Source of the DNA: Elusimicrobiota bacterium
GTDB taxonomy: Bacteria; Elusimicrobiota; Elusimicrobia; F11
DNA: 64,000 bases
Direction: 5' to 3'
Assembly: GCA_003140895.1 (NCBI GenBank)
Contig: PLLH01000118.1
Span: 11,494 to 75,493 of the forward strand
Position numbers and translations under genes: made by a program. The notes beneath the pieces are model-generated. The model had not been told where the DNA came from. It did not search any database and saw only the letters and a program-made list of their open reading frames with translations. Positions 47,244-57,096 of the stretch are shown here, in pieces. Numbering within the stretch: the first letter of the stretch is position 1; the number at the start of each line of letters is the position of its first letter.

Positions 47244-48985
47244 TCTTCTTCCCCTTCGTTCTGCTTCTTCGGTTTTTTCGTGCCGATGGAAACCGGTTTT
47301 CCCTTCCTCATTTTATCGGCTTCTTGCTCTTGCATCATTTGGAGAACGCGTTCAGCGTCTTCTTTTTTTATTTCGCCGCTGTTCTTCGTTCGTTCGTCCT
47401 GTTTCTCATTTGATGGGGAGGAATCTCCCTTGCCTTTTTCCTGCTGACTTTTATTATCAGACGAGTCTTTGCTTTTTTGATCCTGGTTTTGCGGACGTTG
47501 TGGCGGAGGCGGCGGTTGCTTTCCCGCTTTGATGTATTCGATATTATACTTGGCATCCATGTCTTTTGGATTGAGTTTCAAGCACTCTTTGAATTCATTG
47601 ATGGCTTCTTCCCGTTTTCCCATGGTGAAAAGAAGGTGGCCGAGGTTGTAGTGAATTTTTGATTTGAGATCGGGCCCGGTGGCGGCCGCTTTGGCTTTCT
47701 CATATGTTTTCTGAGCCTGTTCCAAATTCCCTTCCAAATAATACGTTCCGGCGATGTTGTACGGCAAAAAGGCCGCTTCGGGAGCGTCGATTTGGGCGGA
47801 CTCGAATTCCGCTCTAGCTCCCGCATAGTCTCCTTTCTGAACCAAATGATTCCCTTCCCTCACCTGATCTTTCCAATGGGCCTGAACGGTTCCGGCGAGA
47901 AAGGTCAACATGAGAAGAAGGCCTGAGCTTCGCCCCACCCGTTTCATGAACCCCTGTTGCGATTGTATCCATTGAAGAATCCGTTTCCCTGCTCCCGGAC
48001 ATTCGGCAAAGAAAAATTCGAACAGGAGCAGAAGCAAACCGAGAAGGCCCGCGTATTGATAGCGCTCTTCAAACCGCTGGAAAATTTTGGACGACAATTC
48101 TTTCTTGTCAAAGCCGTTTAACATGTCCGCGATCTCGTCGATCTCTTTGTCCGTTGAGCTGGCGCGGTAGTAATGCCCTCCCGTGATCGTGGCGATTTTT
48201 GCGAGCAGGGCTTCGTCCAGACGGCTCAAGACCATTTCCCCTTTGAATTTGTGAAATTCAATCACTTTTCCCTGTTCATCGCGTTCTTTGATCACTTCGC
48301 CTTTGGCGGTCCCGATGCCGATGGGCAACAGGACGACGCCGTTGTCCTTGGCGAGATTGGCGGCCGCGATCGGATCGGAGCGGTGGTCTTCTCCATCGGT
48401 CAGGAGGACGATGGCTTTCCCGGTTTTGTCTTCCTTATTAAAGCTGTTGACCCCAAGACGGATGGCGTCGCCGATGGAGGTTCCTTGAGAGGGAACCGTT
48501 TTTTCATCGATGATATCGAGGAACATGCGCGCGGCTTCCGTATCCGTTGTGAGCGGGCACTGTAGGACGGGGTATTGGGCGAAGGCGATAATGCCGACTC
48601 GGTTCCCCTCCAATTTGCTGATGAGTAGTTCCAGCGATCGTTTGGCCCGCTCAAGACGGGACGGCGGGACGTCTTCGGCCAGCATGCTCCGGGAGGTGTC
48701 GATGGCGATAAACACGTCGACGCCTCTGTGCTTGACTTCGGCCAATTTCGAGCCGAATTGAGGCCCCACCGCGGCCAGGAGAATGAACAGGATCCCGATC
48801 AGAGTGAGAACATCTTTGGTTTGTCGCCGCTTCAAGGCGGCGACGGGAACCAAGTGTTGAATCAACCGCCAATCCCCCAATTTGAGAATATCGCGCCGCC
48901 TCCGAAACCGGGACCAAAACGTCAGGGCGATCGCCAAGGCGTATCCGAATAGAAAATTAAAATGGGAAGGGTAATGAAAATGCAT
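47237..48985 (-). CDS. VWA-domain protein fused to TPR repeats (BatB/BatC-like).
   Basis: VWA MIDAS motif DVFIAIDTSRSM ... IVLLTDGEDH, followed by a TPR region and an acidic Lys/Glu tail. Confidence 0.75.
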   Translation of the reverse strand: MHFHYPSHFNFLFGYALAIALTFWSRFRRRRDILKLGDWRLIQHLVPVAALKRRQTKDVLTLIGILFILLAAVGPQFGSKLAEVKHRGVDVFIAIDTSRSMLAEDVPPSRLERAKRSLELLISKLEGNRVGIIAFAQYPVLQCPLTTDTEAARMFLDIIDEKTVPSQGTSIGDAIRLGVNSFNKEDKTGKAIVLLTDGEDHRSDPIAAANLAKDNGVVLLPIGIGTAKGEVIKERDEQGKVIEFHKFKGEMVLSRLDEALLAKIATITGGHYYRASSTDKEIDEIADMLNGFDKKELSSKIFQRFEERYQYAGLLGLLLLLFEFFFAECPGAGKRILQWIQSQQGFMKRVGRSSGLLLMLTFLAGTVQAHWKDQVREGNHLVQKGDYAGARAEFESAQIDAPEAAFLPYNIAGTYYLEGNLEQAQKTYEKAKAAATGPDLKSKIHYNLGHLLFTMGKREEAINEFKECLKLNPKDMDAKYNIEYIKAGKQPPPPPQRPQNQDQKSKDSSDNKSQQEKGKGDSSPSNEKQDERTKNSGEIKKEDAERVLQMMQEQEADKMRKGKPVSIGTKKPKKQNEGEEDW

Positions 48986-49977
48986 TAGGGCACCGTCCGA
49001 AAAATTGTTTTTGCCAATCCGAATTCCAAGAGGAGAAGGATCAGGCAGGGAAGCAGGAAGTAAATATAGAGGTCTTCGTAATCCATGTAGGATTTCGTTT
49101 TGATGTCGGTCTTTTCCATCTTATCGATCTCAGAGAAAATGCTTTTAAGTCCGCCCGACGTTTTAGCCCGGAAATAGGCGCCGTTCGTTTCATTGGCGAT
49201 TTTGAGCAGGGCGTTCTCGTCGAGATCGTTGCCGCTGGGCACGAGGCGTTGGCCGAAAATGGGATCGTCAATCGGCATGAGGCCTCCGTCGGGCGAGCCG
49301 GCGCCGATCGCGTAAATTTTGATGTTGAAGGCGGCGGCGGATTTGGCGGCGGTGATGGGGTCGATCGTCCCGGCGTTGTTGGAGCCGTCCGTGACCAGGA
49401 TGATCACTTTGCTTTTGGCTTTGGAGTTTTTGAGGCGGTTCACGGCGGTGGCGATCCCAACGCCGATGGCGGTTTGATCCGGCGGAATCGACCCCACGTT
49501 TATTTTTTCGAGAATGGAGAGGAGGGCGGTTTTATCGAAGGTGAGCGGACATTGCGTGATGGCGTGCTCGGCGAAGAGAACCAGCCCGAGCCGGTCGCGC
49601 TCGCGGCCTTTGATGAATTCTCCGATCACGCTTTTGGCGACTTGAAAACGGTTTTCCGGTTTAAAATCGACGGAGAGCATGCTGCGCGAGGAGTCCAGAC
49701 AGAGCATGATGTCGGTGGCTTTCGTGGTCATCTCTTCCGTTCTTAAGCCCTTTTGCGGCCGGGCCAGGCTCAAAATCAGGAACAAAAGGGCGGTCATTCG
49801 AAGCCCTCCCAAAACCCAGACGCTCACATTGAGGTTTACATGTCCGCTCCGGCTGAGCTTTTCCAGTGAAGAGAAACGGAAACTGGGGATGTCGTTCGAT
49901 CGAAAGAAAGCCAGATAGAACGCCAGGAGCGCAAGCGCCAGGAGGAACCAGAAATAGAGGGGATCGGCAAATTTCAT
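48985..49977 (-). CDS. VWA-domain protein BatA-like (aerotolerance N-terminal TM region plus VWA).
   Basis: Start taken at MKFADPLYFWFLLALALLAFYLAF (ATG 49977, ATGA overlap with the upstream gene). VWA motif DIMLCLDSSRSM ... ILVTDGSNN. The ORF-track N-extension to 50265 overlaps the upstream gene and is rejected. Confidence 0.75.
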   Translation of the reverse strand: MKFADPLYFWFLLALALLAFYLAFFRSNDIPSFRFSSLEKLSRSGHVNLNVSVWVLGGLRMTALLFLILSLARPQKGLRTEEMTTKATDIMLCLDSSRSMLSVDFKPENRFQVAKSVIGEFIKGRERDRLGLVLFAEHAITQCPLTFDKTALLSILEKINVGSIPPDQTAIGVGIATAVNRLKNSKAKSKVIILVTDGSNNAGTIDPITAAKSAAAFNIKIYAIGAGSPDGGLMPIDDPIFGQRLVPSGNDLDENALLKIANETNGAYFRAKTSGGLKSIFSEIDKMEKTDIKTKSYMDYEDLYIYFLLPCLILLLLEFGLAKTIFRTVP

Positions 49978-50951
49978 AGCGGCGCCGGCTCCTTCGGCGT
50001 CTCTTTCGTTTCCGGGGTCGTGACGGAGATGATCTTTTTCACCTGGACCAGGTCGTTTTCGATCTCTTCTTCCGTCGGCGTCCATTTGGCGAATTTGACC
50101 AGGTCGCTGTTGTCGAAAAATGTCCGGAGATCGGTTGATAAATCCAAGGAGAAATTGAGCCGGCGAAATTCCAGGAGCAGCTCGGTCGTCGTCCGGTCGA
50201 GAGCGGAAAACTGGAACCGGTCCTCCAGATAGCGGCGGAGAATGAGTGATAGACGAAAATACCATTCTTTGATCTGGCCCGTGGACAGAAGGTCCGAGTC
50301 CTCCAAGGCTTGCAGGGTCTCCCAGGCCCGTTCTTCAGGCTGTTTGGGCGGGCCTTCCGGGAAGAGTCCCTCTCTTTTCTTTTTGAAATAAAAGAAGGCG
50401 AAGCCCCCTCCTGCCAGAAGAAGGAGGGCCAACGCGATCCAAACCCACACATACGACCGGAAATTAAAGAATCCTTTGAGAGGCTGGAGGTTTCCCCGGT
50501 CGCCCCACATCTCAAGAACGGATTTGACGGTGATGTCGATGGTTTCTGTCTTGGCTTCGGCTTGCTTTCCGTCGGTGGTTGAGAACAAAAGCGATAAGGA
50601 TGGGAGGGTATGGGTCCCGGTGGAAAACGACGTGAGGATCAGGTGATGCGTCAGCGTCAATTTCTCGTTAGGCAGTTTCTTGGGTTGTGACGGCGCGTAG
50701 TCCAGAAGTTCAAAATCCCCCATTGGATTTGGAACAGAAAGAGGGGACGGCGCCACTTCGTTTGAATAGACGACGGTCATGGAATAGTGAATGGGGTCGC
50801 CAATGGTGATTTCTTTTGGGTTGACTTCCACTCGCAACTGGATGGAGGCGGGTGTCGCCGCCTGAAGAGGCGGGGTGTTTAAGAGTGGAGCCCCACACGC
50901 CAGCGGGAGAAGTAGGAACCATCGAAGAATGCGGTGGCGAATCCGTCTCAT
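49974..50951 (-). CDS. Hypothetical protein of the Bat operon (DUF4381-like position; signal peptide plus internal TM helix).
   Basis: 325 aa. Signal peptide followed by a beta-rich domain and an internal hydrophobic helix (ALALLLLAGGGFAFFYF) around residue 190, with a cytoplasmic tail. Coupled on both sides. Confidence 0.5.
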   Translation of the reverse strand: MRRIRHRILRWFLLLPLACGAPLLNTPPLQAATPASIQLRVEVNPKEITIGDPIHYSMTVVYSNEVAPSPLSVPNPMGDFELLDYAPSQPKKLPNEKLTLTHHLILTSFSTGTHTLPSLSLLFSTTDGKQAEAKTETIDITVKSVLEMWGDRGNLQPLKGFFNFRSYVWVWIALALLLLAGGGFAFFYFKKKREGLFPEGPPKQPEERAWETLQALEDSDLLSTGQIKEWYFRLSLILRRYLEDRFQFSALDRTTTELLLEFRRLNFSLDLSTDLRTFFDNSDLVKFAKWTPTEEEIENDLVQVKKIISVTTPETKETPKEPAPL

Positions 50952-51850
50952 CGGAATCGCCTGGCCCGGTCCTGGAAGAACGCCATGAGAGGCTTTACGT
51001 AGTCTTGGTTGGTCTGAAACACCACGCGGTCCATGTTCATCTTTCCAAAGAGGATGTCCCGGGCGGAACGTTGGTCCATCATGGTTCTTTCAAAAACCTC
51101 TCGAGCTCGTGAGTTTTTCATTGAAATGAGTTGTTTGTGACCTGTTTCCGCGTCTTCAACGAGAACCCGCCCCAGTTTGGGCCATCGTTGCTCCAGGGGG
51201 TCTTCCAGAACGAAGGAGATGGTGTCATGACGACGCTGGGTGATGGAGAGGCTTTTTTCAAAGTTGACGTCCACAAAGTCGGAGATGAGAAACACAATGG
51301 CGCGCTTTTTCTGAACGCGGTTCAAATATTGGAGGGCGGTGTCAATGTTGGTTCCGGCGTGTTGCGGTTCAAAGCTGAGAACGTCCCGGACGAGCCGGAG
51401 CGTGTGGCTTTTCGATTTTCGGGGTGGAATATAGGTTTCGATGCGGTCGGAGAAGAGAAGAAGCCCCACTTTGTCGTTGTTTTTTAGCGATGAGAAAGCC
51501 AGGAGCGCCACCAGTTCCGCCGCCAGTTCGGATTTAAAGCGGGCCCGCGTTCCGAAGGAGTTGGAGGCTGAAACGTCGACGGCAATGAGAATGGTTAGTT
51601 CGCGTTCTTCGGTGAAACGTTTGATGTAGGGATGTCCGAGACGAGCGGTCACGGCCCAATGGATGTTCCGGACGTCGTCGCCGGGGATGTATTCGCGGAT
51701 ATCGCAAAACTCCATCCCGCGGCCCTTGAACGTGGAGAGATACCGCCCGCCGAAGAGCTCGTTGACGAGCCGGGACGTGCGGATCTCAATGCGCCGGGTT
51801 TTTTTGAAAATTTCGGCTGGAGTCGTGTTGGTTAACGATGCTCGCGGCAT
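50948..51850 (-). CDS. DUF58-family protein (vWA-like, MoxR partner).
   Basis: 300 aa. RRIEIRTSRLVNELFGGRYLSTFKGRGMEFCDIREYIPGDDVRNIHW is the conserved DUF58 core. Confidence 0.75.
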   Translation of the reverse strand: MPRASLTNTTPAEIFKKTRRIEIRTSRLVNELFGGRYLSTFKGRGMEFCDIREYIPGDDVRNIHWAVTARLGHPYIKRFTEERELTILIAVDVSASNSFGTRARFKSELAAELVALLAFSSLKNNDKVGLLLFSDRIETYIPPRKSKSHTLRLVRDVLSFEPQHAGTNIDTALQYLNRVQKKRAIVFLISDFVDVNFEKSLSITQRRHDTISFVLEDPLEQRWPKLGRVLVEDAETGHKQLISMKNSRAREVFERTMMDQRSARDILFGKMNMDRVVFQTNQDYVKPLMAFFQDRARRFR

Positions 51851-51876
51851 GAAAGCCTCTTTACGCCGGACTCGAA

Positions 51877-52863
51877 TTACGGGACCTCTACCACATCCAG
51901 AATTTGATGAAGGATATCGTCGGACGTTTTGTTTTCCGCCTCCGCTTCAAAGCTGGGGATGATGCGGTGGCGAAGAATATCGGGTCCGATGGATTTGATG
52001 TCCTCCGGCGTCACGTAGCCGCGTCCTTTCAGAAAGGCATAGGCCTTGGCGGCGATCGAGAGAGCAATGGTCGCTCTGGGTGAGGCCCCATAGGAGATGA
52101 GGCTTGTCATGTCTTTGAGGTTGAATTTGGCCGGTTCGCGTGTCGCGAAGACCAGGTCCAGGATGTAGCCTTTGATTTTTTCGTCCATATAGACTTCCCG
52201 AACGGTTTGCCGGACTTCTTCAATCCGCTGGGGTGTCATGAGGCACCGAACGGCTTCCTCCGGCCCGGATTTTTTCTCAAGAATGGCCTTTTCCTCCTCG
52301 CGGTTCGGATACGTGATGGAAATTTTCAGCATGAACCGGTCAATTTGGGCTTCAGGCAAGGGGTAGGTTCCTTCTTGTTCAATCGGATTTTGTGTGGCCA
52401 ACACCAGAAAGGGCGACGGCAATGGATAGGTGGTATCTCCGATCGTCACCTGTTTTTCCTGCATGGCTTCCAGAAGGGCCGACTGCACTTTGGCCGGAGC
52501 GCGGTTGATTTCATCGGCAAGAATAATGTTCGCAAAGACGGGGCCTTTCTTAATGCCGAAATCTCCCGATTTGGGATTGTAGATCAGGGTTCCGATCAAG
52601 TCGGACGGCAAGAGATCCGGCGTGAATTGGATTCGTTGGAATTTGGCGTCGATGGTGCTGGCCAGGGTTCTCACGGCGAGGGTTTTGGCGAGGCCCGGAA
52701 CCCCTTCCAATAAAATGTGGCCGTCGGCGAGAAGTCCCACCAGGAGTCGTTCCAAAAGGTACCGTTGTCCGACGATGGCTTTCCCGATTTCATGAAACAT
52801 TTCTTCGACGAAGATACTTTCTTTTCGCACCTTCTCATTAATCGCACGAATGTCTTGCGCCAT
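51877..52863 (-). CDS. MoxR-family AAA+ ATPase.
   Basis: Walker A GVPGLAKT, Walker B ILADEINRA. 328 aa. Confidence 0.9.
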   Translation of the reverse strand: MAQDIRAINEKVRKESIFVEEMFHEIGKAIVGQRYLLERLLVGLLADGHILLEGVPGLAKTLAVRTLASTIDAKFQRIQFTPDLLPSDLIGTLIYNPKSGDFGIKKGPVFANIILADEINRAPAKVQSALLEAMQEKQVTIGDTTYPLPSPFLVLATQNPIEQEGTYPLPEAQIDRFMLKISITYPNREEEKAILEKKSGPEEAVRCLMTPQRIEEVRQTVREVYMDEKIKGYILDLVFATREPAKFNLKDMTSLISYGASPRATIALSIAAKAYAFLKGRGYVTPEDIKSIGPDILRHRIIPSFEAEAENKTSDDILHQILDVVEVP

Positions 52864-52954
52864 GTGTCGTAATCCTCCTCACGTGTTGAGTAGAAACAGA
52901 GTGACCGTTTTTTAGATTGGAACAGGTGAAATTTAAAAAGTTTTTAGATGAATT

Positions 52955-54178
52955 TCAACTTCTGAAACGCGCTTGCCGGGAGGACGGTATCCGTCGCCGG
53001 AACTTTCCAAAGCGATCTGCCAGATTCGTTGGTTTTGAGATGAGTTGAGGAGGCACGAGATAAGGGAAATTGGGGATCACGCCTCGGGGCAGCGTTTTGG
53101 AAATAAATTTTTCAATCCGTTTTAAATAAGATTCTTCGTCGGGAGCCACCAGCGTAAAGGCGTCGCCCGTCGCATGAGCCCGGCCGGTGCGGCCAATGCG
53201 GTGAACGTAATCTTCCGGGTGTTGCGGAACGTCATAATTAATCACGTGGCTGATGTCTTTGACGTCGATGCCTCGAGAAGCGATGTCCGTGGCGACGAGG
53301 ATTTGAAATTTCTTCATCCGAAAGCCGTCCAGCGCGGCTGTCCGCTCGTTTTGGCTTTTGTTGGAGTGAATGACCGCCGCCCCTTTCCCCATTCGCCTGA
53401 GAATGCTCAAGAGGTGGTCCGCGCCGTGTTTTGTCCGGCAGAAAATGAGGGCGGAAATGATGTTGCTGCTTTCAAAAAGCGCCTGAAGAAACGCCTCTTT
53501 CTGCGACCGGGAAATCGGATAGACCATCTGGGTCACGGTGTTGGCGGGGACGGACGGCGAGAGATCGATGGTGATGGGGTTTTTAAGAAAGCTTGTCACC
53601 AGTCCCTGGATTTCAATCGGGTACGTGGCGGAGAAGAGCATGGTCTGGCGTTTCGGCGGAACCAAGGACAAAATACGGCGGATGTCCGGTAGAAATCCCA
53701 TGTCCAACATGCGATCGGCTTCATCAAGAATGAGCGTGTCGATGTGTTTCAGCGTGAGCGTACGGCGTTGAACGTGATCGAGGAGCCGCCCGGGGGTCGC
53801 GACGATGATATCCGCTCCGGCCTGAATTTGCTTTACCTGGCGGTCAAAATTCATTCCCCCCAGGAGAAGAGCTCCTTTGATTTTCGTGAAGCGTCCGGCG
53901 TCCCGAAGGACGGTCATGCCTTGGGCGCTCAGTTCCCGTGTCGGGGAAACGATGAGAACGGACGGCTTGACGTGATGCGGGTGATGGAGCAATTTGTTGA
54001 GGATCGGGACGATAAAGGCGATGGTTTTCCCGGTTCCGGTTTGGGCGCAGGCGCGGATATCGTGTCCCAGGAGCGCTTCAGGAATCGCCTTGTCTTGAAC
54101 CGGGGTCGGGATGGTGTATCCCAATTCCCGGATTCCTTTCATAAGGTCTGGATGAAGGTCAAATTTGGTAAATCCCAT
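52955..54178 (-). CDS. DEAD-box ATP-dependent RNA helicase.
   Basis: Q-motif, AQTGTGKT, DEAD (ILDEADRMLDMGF), SAT, HRIGRTGR. Confidence 0.9.
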   Translation of the reverse strand: MGFTKFDLHPDLMKGIRELGYTIPTPVQDKAIPEALLGHDIRACAQTGTGKTIAFIVPILNKLLHHPHHVKPSVLIVSPTRELSAQGMTVLRDAGRFTKIKGALLLGGMNFDRQVKQIQAGADIIVATPGRLLDHVQRRTLTLKHIDTLILDEADRMLDMGFLPDIRRILSLVPPKRQTMLFSATYPIEIQGLVTSFLKNPITIDLSPSVPANTVTQMVYPISRSQKEAFLQALFESSNIISALIFCRTKHGADHLLSILRRMGKGAAVIHSNKSQNERTAALDGFRMKKFQILVATDIASRGIDVKDISHVINYDVPQHPEDYVHRIGRTGRAHATGDAFTLVAPDEESYLKRIEKFISKTLPRGVIPNFPYLVPPQLISKPTNLADRFGKFRRRIPSSRQARFRS

Positions 54179-54253
54179 TGGGGGGTTTTTTCCTTGTTGG
54201 CCGAGTTAGAAAAAGAAATGCCAAGTACGGCAAGAATACATCATTCTGTATCG

Positions 54254-55111
54254 TTAGAGTACATCCCTCAGAATGTCAACGCGGGTCGGCGCGGGGATGA
54301 TTCCCGCACGGTAGGCTTTGTCATAGAGAAGATTGAGGGCGCGTTCCCCTTCTTCTCCGATGTTCAGTGTATCGTTGTTCACGTACATGCCGATAAATTG
54401 ATCGCCCAACGGTTGGGAGAGGCCGCGTCCAAATTTAATGGCGTAGGAAACGGCTTCTTCACGTTGCGCGAGGCCGATTTGAATGCTCTGTTTTAGAGCG
54501 AGCCCGATTTTGACGGCCATCTCTTTTCCCAGATCTTTTCTGACGACATCGAGCCCCAAGGGAATCGGAAGGCGGGTTTCCTCCATCCAGCGCTCGCCCA
54601 AATTCATCACTTTTTCCAACCCCATCGATTCATAGGTGATTTGGGCTTCGTGGATGAGGAGGCCGTAATCGATGTCGCCGGAGTTGAGCGCGGCGGGAAT
54701 TTCATCAAACCGGTATGAGATCGGTTGGTAGTCTTCCGTGTAAAGTCGCAGAAGGAGGAAGGCTGTCGTATAGCGTCCTGGAATGCCGATTCGTTTGGTC
54801 GCGGGGGTGGTTCCAGCTTTTTTAACAACGACAGGGCCGTAATTTCGTCCCACGCTGGCTCCCACGGGCAAAATCCAATACGAGTGTTGCAAAGACGGAT
54901 ACACCGCCGCTGAGACGGCGGTGACTTCGATCTCGCCATGGAGAGCTTTTTGATTGAGGGTTTGAATGTCTTCCAGCACATGCTGAACTTCATAATCGTC
55001 GATTTGGACCTGTCCCGAGGCGAACCCGTAAAACATGAAGGCGTCATCCGGATCGGGCGTATGGCCAATTCGAAGAGTTTTATTCAAGAGCGGGAGTGTG
55101 GAGGGGTTCAT
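54254..55111 (-). CDS. mqnD: 1,4-dihydroxy-6-naphthoate synthase MqnD-like (MqnA/MqnD family).
   Basis: LRIGHTPDPDDAFMFYGFASGQV resembles the MqnD LxxGxSPCPNDTFxF N-terminal motif. 285 aa. Confidence 0.65.
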   Translation of the reverse strand: MNPSTLPLLNKTLRIGHTPDPDDAFMFYGFASGQVQIDDYEVQHVLEDIQTLNQKALHGEIEVTAVSAAVYPSLQHSYWILPVGASVGRNYGPVVVKKAGTTPATKRIGIPGRYTTAFLLLRLYTEDYQPISYRFDEIPAALNSGDIDYGLLIHEAQITYESMGLEKVMNLGERWMEETRLPIPLGLDVVRKDLGKEMAVKIGLALKQSIQIGLAQREEAVSYAIKFGRGLSQPLGDQFIGMYVNNDTLNIGEEGERALNLLYDKAYRAGIIPAPTRVDILRDVL

Positions 55112-55120
55112 AATGGCCGG

Positions 55121-56599
55121 TTATTGAAGGGAGATTAAATAATGCAGGAGCGTTCGGACCATGGCGCCGGTTCCGCCGGCGGGCGAAAGAGCGGTTCCCT
55201 CGTCCGTCCATGCCACGTTGGCGATGTCGATGTGCGCCCACGGAAGACCTCTCTCGACAAATTCGCTCAGGAAAAGCCCCCCCATGATGGTGCCCGCTTC
55301 GCCGGCGGGACCGATATTTTTAATGTCAGCCACTTTGCTGTCCAATCCTTTGCGGTATTCTTTTTCAAGCGGGAGTTCCCACAGTTTTTCCCCGGAATCA
55401 TTGGAACTATTTTTGAGGCGTTGAAGGAGGTCCGCATTGTTTCCCATGAGAGCGGCAATTTTATCCCCCAAGGCGATCCGACACGCGCCGGTTAAGGTGG
55501 CCACGTCGATGATTTCATCCGGCTTTTGGCGGCAGGCGTAGGCCAGCGTGTCGGCCAGAATCAGGCGCCCTTCGGCATCCGTGTTTAAGACTTCGATGGT
55601 TTTCCCTTGGAGTGATCTGAGGACGTCCCCCGGTTTCAGGGCATTTTCCCCCGGCATGTTTTCCGTCAACGCGGCGAAACCGTGAATTTCAACCGCTGGT
55701 TTAAGACGCGGAAGCAGTGCGAAAATGGCCAGGACCGCCGCCGCTCCGGACATATCGTCTTTCATCGTTTCCATGGATTTGGCGGGTTTGAGAGAAAGGC
55801 CCCCGGAATCGAAGGTGATTCCTTTCCCGCAAAGAGCGATCCGGCGTTTCGGCTTTGTGTTGGGGCGATAGATGAGATGGATAAAAAATGGAGGTTTGCC
55901 GCTTCCGCGGTTAACTCCCAAAAGGGCGCCCATGCCTAGTTTGGCCATTTGTTGTTTGTTTAAGACGGTGAGCTTAATGCCTTTTTTGGCGACGGTTTTG
56001 GCGATGGACACGAGATCGCTGGGAGTTGTGTCGCTGGGCGGTTGATTAATGAGATCCCGGGCAAAATTGGTGGCTTCGGCGAACAGGAGCCCTCGTGCGA
56101 AGCCCTGATCCATCGTTTTTTTCTCAGCCCCGTTTTTAACAGACACAAGGATTGACTCAACCGCCTTTTTTGACTCCGAATTGGTTTTGTACCGGGTGTA
56201 GGCGTAAGCTCCGAGAAGGGCCCCTTCGGCGGCGGCGTGCGCGCTCCCGCCGGCATTGCCGATGAGAGGCAGTTTTGTGAAAAGCTGTTTTATTGATTGG
56301 CGCTCCGCCAGGCGAACCAGAGAGGCCATGCCTTGGCGAAGCGTTTCAAGCGTGGCGTCTTTTCGGGGGCCCAGTCCAATGAAAACGACTCGGGGAATTT
56401 TCTTGTTCGGGGTGTGAACCAGTTGGTTTTGGCCGCATTTTCCTTCGAAGCCTTCTTTTTGAGCCCAGGCGAAAGCCTGGACCACCGGCGCCGATGAAAA
56501 CAGAGGCCACACAGACAAGCCGCTTTTTTCGAACGCAAACACAACCAGGGGGCTGGAGGGAGGACAGGATTGAGAGAGTGTAGAATCAACTCGAAGCAT
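55121..56599 (-). CDS. pepA: Leucyl aminopeptidase (M17).
   Basis: VLNTDAEGRLILADTLAYA is the M17 signature. 492 aa. Confidence 0.85.
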   Translation of the reverse strand: MLRVDSTLSQSCPPSSPLVVFAFEKSGLSVWPLFSSAPVVQAFAWAQKEGFEGKCGQNQLVHTPNKKIPRVVFIGLGPRKDATLETLRQGMASLVRLAERQSIKQLFTKLPLIGNAGGSAHAAAEGALLGAYAYTRYKTNSESKKAVESILVSVKNGAEKKTMDQGFARGLLFAEATNFARDLINQPPSDTTPSDLVSIAKTVAKKGIKLTVLNKQQMAKLGMGALLGVNRGSGKPPFFIHLIYRPNTKPKRRIALCGKGITFDSGGLSLKPAKSMETMKDDMSGAAAVLAIFALLPRLKPAVEIHGFAALTENMPGENALKPGDVLRSLQGKTIEVLNTDAEGRLILADTLAYACRQKPDEIIDVATLTGACRIALGDKIAALMGNNADLLQRLKNSSNDSGEKLWELPLEKEYRKGLDSKVADIKNIGPAGEAGTIMGGLFLSEFVERGLPWAHIDIANVAWTDEGTALSPAGGTGAMVRTLLHYLISLQ

Positions 56600-56626
56600 A
56601 AAACGGCTTAGTGCAGGGAACGGGAG

Positions 56627-57082
56627 TTAGGAGCGCTCAAAACGGGCTTGGCACTTGATGCAGTAGCGGGCGTAGGGCATATATTTGAGACGCATGGCCT
56701 TGATCCGGCTGACGCAGGATTCGCAATAACCGAACGTTCCTTTTTCAATTCGCCGCAAAGCGGCTTCCACCTCATCCAGGAGGCGGTGTTCGTTATCCGT
56801 TAATTCAAAAACGAGGTCGCGCGCGACGGAACGAGAGGCAACGTCCCCTTCGTCTCCCACTTCCGTTTCCGGGAGGGCTTCTTCGCGCTTTTTCTGTACG
56901 GTCTTCAGTAAATCGGCCCGCAAGGCCTCGAGTTTCTTTCGATAAAAATCGAGGTTCCCAATCCGTTTGATGCCGGGCGCTTTTTTCTTCGCCGTTTTCG
57001 ATTTTCGTTTGTTTTTTGGCTTTTTCATGAGCGCACCTTTTATCTTATTTACGTTCCCTTGAACAGAAGATTTTCGTCTCAA
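56627..57082 (-). CDS. DksA/TraR-family C4-type zinc-finger protein.
   Basis: C-terminal CESC ... CIKC four-cysteine finger with a coiled-coil region. Lys-rich N-terminal tail. Confidence 0.7.
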   Translation of the reverse strand: MRRKSSVQGNVNKIKGALMKKPKNKRKSKTAKKKAPGIKRIGNLDFYRKKLEALRADLLKTVQKKREEALPETEVGDEGDVASRSVARDLVFELTDNEHRLLDEVEAALRRIEKGTFGYCESCVSRIKAMRLKYMPYARYCIKCQARFERS

Positions 57083-57096
57083 GAAGCTCGGAGGAA

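Noticed and set aside
49978-50265. N-terminal extension of the BatA-like ORF
   Set aside because: It overlaps the upstream operon gene. The conserved BatA N-terminus (MKFADPLYFW...) begins at the ATG at 49977 with ATGA coupling.
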